NCBI RefSeq assembly: GCF_001194135.2
Contig: NC_068997.1
Coordinates: 6,778,931-6,842,930 of the forward strand
Direction of reading: 5' to 3'
From: Octopus bimaculoides
Taxonomy: Eukaryota
Length of the DNA: 64,000 nucleotides
Both the position numbers and the translations under genes were made by a program. Positions within the stretch are counted from its first letter, which is position 1; each line of letters starts with the position of its first letter. This document shows, in pieces, positions 58,730 to 64,000 of this stretch. The notes beneath the pieces are model-generated. The model did not search any database. It saw only the letters and a program-made list of their open reading frames with translations, and was not told the origin of the DNA.

Positions 58730-60819
58730 AAGAAAGAAATGTGAGGTCCAGGTACTATGTGAATATGAGAGACAGAATAGGAAGTGTAACTGAGAGAAAA
58801 TAATGTGCACAGTTGTGAAAATTGACTGTCCAGCGGATGTTAATATAAAGCTGAAGATCAGTGAAAAAGAAAACACCTATGCTGAACTAATGAGAAATCT
58901 GCAGTTATTCTATCCAGATTACAAGTTCAGTTTCATACCTGTAATTATTGGGGCCCTGGGATATAAATACCAGTCAGTCCCCATCTCCGCAAGATACTTC
59001 CTCATCTGCTGGGACTATGTGGCATGTGGTCGAGCCAACACAAGCCATCAACCCATTCGAATTCGGATCCTCAGTGAAGAGAACACGGTAAGGCATTTGA
59101 TTCGGTGGACATAGATGTGCTTTGGAGGATTCTGATGCTGCGAAGTAAATCCTCCTCTCATCTGATTGGGTCGATGATGTCCTTTGTACACCGGAACAGT
59201 CAGTGCAGTTCATCTAGGGGAGCACAGCATCTGACTTCTTCCCAATTAGATCTGGGGGTCTGTCAGGGTTTTGTCTTGCCCCTCCCCCCACCTCTCTGTT
59301 TCGTGGATTTGATATTTGGCCGAATGGTGGCTCGATCGAGCTGTGATCTACTCATTGGTGAAATTAGGAATGCAGACCTATATTTTGCACATGACGCATT
59401 TATTCTTGCTGAATCTCTGGATGCCTTAAAGAGCACTCTCCTTTCTCAGAGTGAGGAACCGGAACCACTTGACTTTAGAGTTTTCATGTTATTGAGTATC
59501 TCGAATTTCTAGCCTTGTACTTCAGTTAGAAACGACCGTTGTAATCGGAAAGGATTGATGGGTTACGCTTTTGCGGTCTGTATTCGTATCCGAAATCGAG
59601 ATCGAGGTTGACAGAAACGGTAGAGCGCCCTGAGTTCAAAATGCTTAGCGGCATTTCACCCGTCTTTATGTTCTGAGTTCAAATTCCGTCGGGGTTGACT
59701 CTACCTTTCATTCTATCGGGGTCGATAAAATAAGTACCAGTTGAGTACTGTGGTCAAGGTAATCGATTTAGCCACCCCACCCCCGAAATTGCTGGCCTTG
59801 CGCCAAAATTTGGAACCAATATTTAATATACACTTTGGAAACATTTGTTGTTGCTGTTGTTAGTTAGCCCTCAGACGTATCAACAATATGCCTAAATAAA
59901 AAAATTAAAAAATTTGAAAAAAGATAAATTCATATTGTTGATACGTCTGAGGGCTAACTAACAACAGCAACAACAATAACAATAAACAATAAANNNNNNN
60001 NNNNNNNNNNNNNNNNNNNNNNNNNNNNNNNNNNNNNNNNNNNNNNNNNNNNNNNNNNNNNNNNNNNNNNNNNNNNNNNNNNNNNNNNNNNNNNNNNNNN
60101 NNNNNNNNNNNNNNNNNNNNNNNNNNNNNNNNNNNNNNNNNNNNNNNNNNNNNNNNNNNNNNNNNNNNNNNNNNNNNNNNNNNNNNNNNNNNNNNNNNNN
60201 NNNNNNNNNNNNNNNNNNNNNNNNNNNNNNNNNNNNNNNNNNNNNNNNNNNNNNNNNNNNNNNNNNNNNNNNNNNNNNNNNNNNNNNNNNNNNNNNNNNN
60301 NNNNNNNNNNNNNNNNNNNNNNNNNNNNNNNNNNNNNNNNNNNNNNNNNNNNNNNNNNNNNNNNNNNNNNNNNNNNNNNNNNNNNNNNNNNNNNNNNNNN
60401 NNNNNNNNNNNNNNNNNNNNNNNNNNNNNNNNNNNNNNNNNNNNNNNNNNNNNNNNNNNNNNNNNNNGTCAGCATTTTTCAATGGGACCAAACTTTGTGG
60501 TAAAATATTTTAACTAATTCCTCATTTTTAAATTGTTATTGTCATTTTCTGTAGTTATTATTGTTTATTGTTATTGTTGTTGCTGTTGTTAGTTAGCCCT
60601 CAGACGTATCAACAATATGCCTAAATAAAAAAATTAAAAAATTTGAAAAAAGATAAATTCATATTGTTGATACGTCTGAGGGCTAACTAACAACAGCAAC
60701 AACAATAACAATAAACAATAAACTATCTGGGCAGCATCATTCGTTGTTTTCTTCCGTTTTAAAACTGTAGGAAGTAATTCAACGGAGAATTTGTTTATCA
60801 TTGTAGCTGTTAGGATTAC

Positions 60820-60860
<41 letters not shown>

Positions 60861-61245
60861 ATATATATATATGCATATGTGAGCACAGGACATCATGAAA
60901 CGTGTACAACAACAAAAAATACGAAATTCGAGTACATGAAATATGAACTATTTTTCGAACAACGAAAGACACAAATAGAAAATAAGGCAAACAACGTAAA
61001 GAACGACCCTTCATCAGTTGTTGGCTGTTTTTTCTACTCTCGTATTTCAAGCATATATATCTCTTCGAAACGCCGGTGTTAAAACGGGGGTAGCTGATGA
61101 AGAAGAATGTTCTCTATGTGGCTTGTGTGTTTTCTCGTCTACGTTTTGTTTGCAATGTCCTGTACCCAGATATGCACCTATACATACAGGTGGATGTCGG
61201 TATGCACATACCTGTACGTATATATACATATACTCATTTACTATT

Positions 61246-61307
<62 letters not shown>

Positions 61308-62440
61308 TAAAAATTAATTTACGAAGGTGTCATTAATTCTATTATTATCCGATGGAACTATTTTAAGAATGACAATAACAGAATCAATGACACAGGTGAT
61401 AGCAGGCCAAAAATAGCATTAAATGGCCGAGGGATTAAAATTAATCAAAGGACATACTAAGTATGTCTACCTGCTTGAAATAGCAGTCAAAACTCATTAT
61501 TAAATCGCCAAAAATACACTGGTGATTACTACAGAAATCAAACGAAGGCAAATTCGGTTAAGACAATCTACTTACATACATTTAAGTATTTGGATTCACG
61601 TGGACTTACCAGAGGGAGGGAAACACTCATTATCTTTTTTGTGGGTCCCGGAGATTGATGGATGGATGCAGCGGTGACAGATACAGATGATAGAATTATA
61701 TCGAGAGACAATAAACGTGTTTGCTTTTTTAATGTTCTTAGTGTCTCTAATGGACCGCAACCTGCTCTGATGAAACATACTTATGTCAAATAAATTCCCT
61801 GCAGGTCCTACAACGTTCTATAATATAAAAAAAATATTAGGTTGACTATTTTTAAATAGTCAACCTTCATATACGTTGTAATAATCGATCAAGTATTTGA
61901 GTACACAGGATTCGTTCGAATTTTTAGACTCAAATATCATTGATATTATCATTCCAACATTTGCCTTGTATTCATTTTACCACCCTGTCCCTCTCTCTTC
62001 TTTTTAGGGGTTTATTGGTAGTCGATACGGTTATCGACCATTACCTTACACTATTGAGGAACAGCATTTTGATCACATTTTACAAGAAGCTAATGCGATC
62101 GATTCCGATAATATTGATTTACTGAATAAGTGGTACATCAAAGATACTAATGCAGTTCCTCCGGTTTACGTCCTTCAGGTAAGAGATATTCAAATGCGTT
62201 TCTCGGCAAACTCTATGAACTAACTAACTTTCTTTCTCTCTTTCTTTCTTTCTTTCTTTCTACATAAAATTTTAATTAATTAATGCGATGGTTGGAGTCT
62301 TGTTGTACTGTGATTCTCCTTTCATTTAATCATGAATTTCTTCCATGCATATACTCATACACACATTTGTATGTGAATTCACACACACACACACACACAC
62401 ACACAAACGCATATATATACATAATATATATATATATACA

Positions 62441-62481
<41 letters not shown>

Positions 62482-62553
62482 TAGAACTCAACCTTTTCTC
62501 ACGTATATATATATATATTTATGTATGTATGTATGTATGTATGTATGTATGTA

Positions 62554-62597
<44 letters not shown>

Positions 62598-62619
62598 GAG
62601 AGAGAGGGGGGGAGGGAGG

Positions 62620-62661
<42 letters not shown>

Positions 62662-63638
62662 GGGTTTTGTTCACTGGTTGGTCCGTACTTCCAAGAAGTA
62701 CGGATCAACCTCCATACCCTCTGGAAGAAGAAAAGCTGTGAACTTTATCCTCCTGTCTGTATTCTTCTATCTGCTGTTTTATTCCTTTATACGAACTGTT
62801 GCCATAGTAACGAAGCTAAAGCACACAGAGTAAAACCGCTTGGCAAAGATTGACTTTGGACTCTTCTGTGCATGCGCATTAAGTTTTAATGTTCAAGCTC
62901 ACTTCTGCTGTTTACAACAGTACTTTGAAGGAAGGTGTGTAGTGTGTGATCGTCGCATTGACCATGACAGAGAAAGTTGTCATGGCAATACCTGCTCAGA
63001 GGTCTACGCAAAGTTGCAGAAAGTGTATGAGTTGGAAACAAGTGTACGAGTGGTTCAGACGTTTCCAAGATGGCCGAAAAAATGTCGATATTGACAAACG
63101 TTCTGGGAGACCCACGACCAACAGAACTGAGAAAAACATCGCAGATAAGCGTGCAGCTGTGAGGGGAAATCGTCGAATCACCATCCATGAGTTATCAGAA
63201 AATGAGCAAATTAGTTAAGGTTCAGCTCCGGTTCTCTGCAGTTTTATTTCTACACCTGGGCTGCACAAAATATATATTAATAAAAGCACATAAGAAATTA
63301 TTATTAGCGATAATCTTCATTATTGCTTTCTACTTTGTTCTTTGGTGAAAACAGAGATTTAGAAAACTCTCCCAATATTTCAAAATTGGTGCAGTTCTTG
63401 TAAATTTATTCTAAATCAATAAATCAATAACCGTAATACTTCTCGTTTTAGCCAATTCGTAGTGTGTTCCAACATTATATGTCGCGTGATCCAAATATGG
63501 CAGAGCAACAAGCAAAAGATACGCAAGGCTGGAAAGAATGTGAGCGCTCTCTCTTGGATCTGATACGAAGGGCTTCCGACGCGGCTTATCAGAACAGCCT
63601 TCTCACGCAAGAACAAAAGCACGACTTTTTTGCATCAG
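58064..63638 (+). CDS. NWD1/2-like: Gene C: NWD1/NWD2-like NACHT and WD-repeat protein, N-terminal (DUF4062-like) exons; gene continues beyond the window
   Basis: Exons 58064-58118, 58230-58349 (LPTLPSSIVRIFLSSTFK), [part in gap]-60500 (CQHFSMGP.NFV), 62008-62178 (GFIGSRYGYRPLP...WYIKDTNAVPPVYVLQ), 63452-63638. These motifs match the N-terminus of NWD1/NWD2 as I recall it. The NACHT and WD domains are not in the window, and the true start may lie further upstream. Confidence 0.85.
58230..58349 (+). CDS. Gene C exon (...SGRLDNLPTLPSSIVRIFLSSTFK)
   Basis: VRIFxSSTFxD motif of the DUF4062-like domain; acag| acceptor, |gtagga donor. Confidence 0.9.
58800..58965 (+). mobile_element. RLE-type LINE endonuclease fragment
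   Basis: IDCPADVN...EKENTYAEL...FIPVIIGALG. Confidence 0.7.
58970..59560 (+). mobile_element. RTE-clade LINE reverse transcriptase fragment
   Basis: GVCQGFVL (GVRQG-like) and DLYFAHDAFILAES (YADD-like) motifs, degenerate. Confidence 0.72.
59620..59818 (+). mobile_element. SINE family 2
   Basis: GTTCTGAGTTCAAATTCCG core and the GAAATTGCTGGCCTTG tail. Confidence 0.78.
60468..60500 (+). CDS. Gene C partial exon 3' end (CQHFSMGP/NFV), remainder in gap; apparent +1 frameshift
   Basis: Matches the CxxxSxGPxFV motif if one A of CCAAAAC is removed; GTG|gtaaaa donor. Confidence 0.7.
60558..60721. repeat. Perfect 62-bp inverted repeat with 40-bp spacer; duplicated at 59845-59993
   Basis: Arms 60558-60619 and 60660-60721 are exact reverse complements. 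Confidence 0.9.
62008..62178 (+). CDS. Gene C exon (GFIGSRYGYRPLP...NAVPPVYVLQ)
   Basis: 171 nt, phase 0-0; YGxRPxP and WYxxDxNAVPPxYxLQ motifs. Confidence 0.92.
62800..63250 (+). mobile_element. Mariner transposase 5' (HTH) remnant
   Basis: VYEWFRRFQDGRKNVDIDKRSGRP...NRRITIHELS. Confidence 0.85.
63452..63638 (+). CDS. Gene C exon (PIRSVFQHY...LTQEQKHDFFAS)
   Basis: ttttag|CCA...G|gtaaat; in frame with the previous exon. Confidence 0.88.
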
Positions 63639-64000
63639 GTAAATATTTTCAATATTTTGTATAATTTTACAAATTATTTTCCCCCAGTTTTATTCTTGTA
63701 GAGTAGAGGGATGGGTTGGGATAAGGAAATTAATACTTCATGGAAAGTTTTCAGAAATAATTAACAGATGATAAAATGCACTCCACTAGAATCGTTGAAA
63801 ACTTAAGATTTGCATTAACAAAGGAGGGACTGTGCATCGACATGTTCTTTGTCATGGTTTATAGTCGAGCCTATGTAATATTTCCAGTTACTTTGTATTT
63901 TCACGGTCCATTTATGCATGACATTACTACGAACGCAATTACTATTTAACTGACGACGGACAATTATTCTGAGATCCGTGTGTGCGTATGTACGTATATA

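Noticed and set aside
62283-62833. HT/YI/CV/RE-repeat ORFs (also about 40000-41200, 49273-49577, 51286-51724, 61018-61336)
   Set aside because: Dinucleotide and tetranucleotide microsatellites read in frame.
1-64000. CRISPR arrays, rRNA genes or prokaryotic operons
   Set aside because: The sequence is clearly eukaryotic (spliceosomal introns, SINEs); no regularly spaced repeat-spacer array or rRNA-like sequence was seen.

Overview
AT-rich animal genomic scaffold with about 13 N-gaps, many (TA)n/(CA)n/(GA)n microsatellites, tRNA-derived SINEs, and mariner and LINE debris. The repeat content resembles an octopus genome; this is my inference, not a database result. I reconstructed three spliced genes by hand from GT-AG boundaries and frame continuity. 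(A) + strand, 514-21387, and (B) - strand, 48907-25984, are convergent (tail-to-tail) paralogous ADAMTS-like M12B metalloproteases with the same exon/phase architecture: signal peptide (seen only in B), prodomain, reprolysin domain with HExxH zinc motif and Met-turn, disintegrin-like domain, TSP1, and a Cys-rich domain interrupted by two 234-nt phase 1-1 exons that each encode a PAN/Apple domain. I found no Cys-rich CB subdomain, spacer or further TSP1 repeats. (C) + strand, from about 58064 to beyond the window end, is the N-terminal part of an NWD1/NWD2-like (DUF4062-NACHT-WD40) gene. The most notable signal is the ADAMTS-(PAN)2 architecture. Also notable: a non-canonical zinc motif in A, near-identical PAN exons in B, an inverted SINE pair around three exons of B, an apparent +1 frameshift in C, and degenerate hammerhead-like motifs. 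Most ORFs in the supplied track are gap or microsatellite artefacts.
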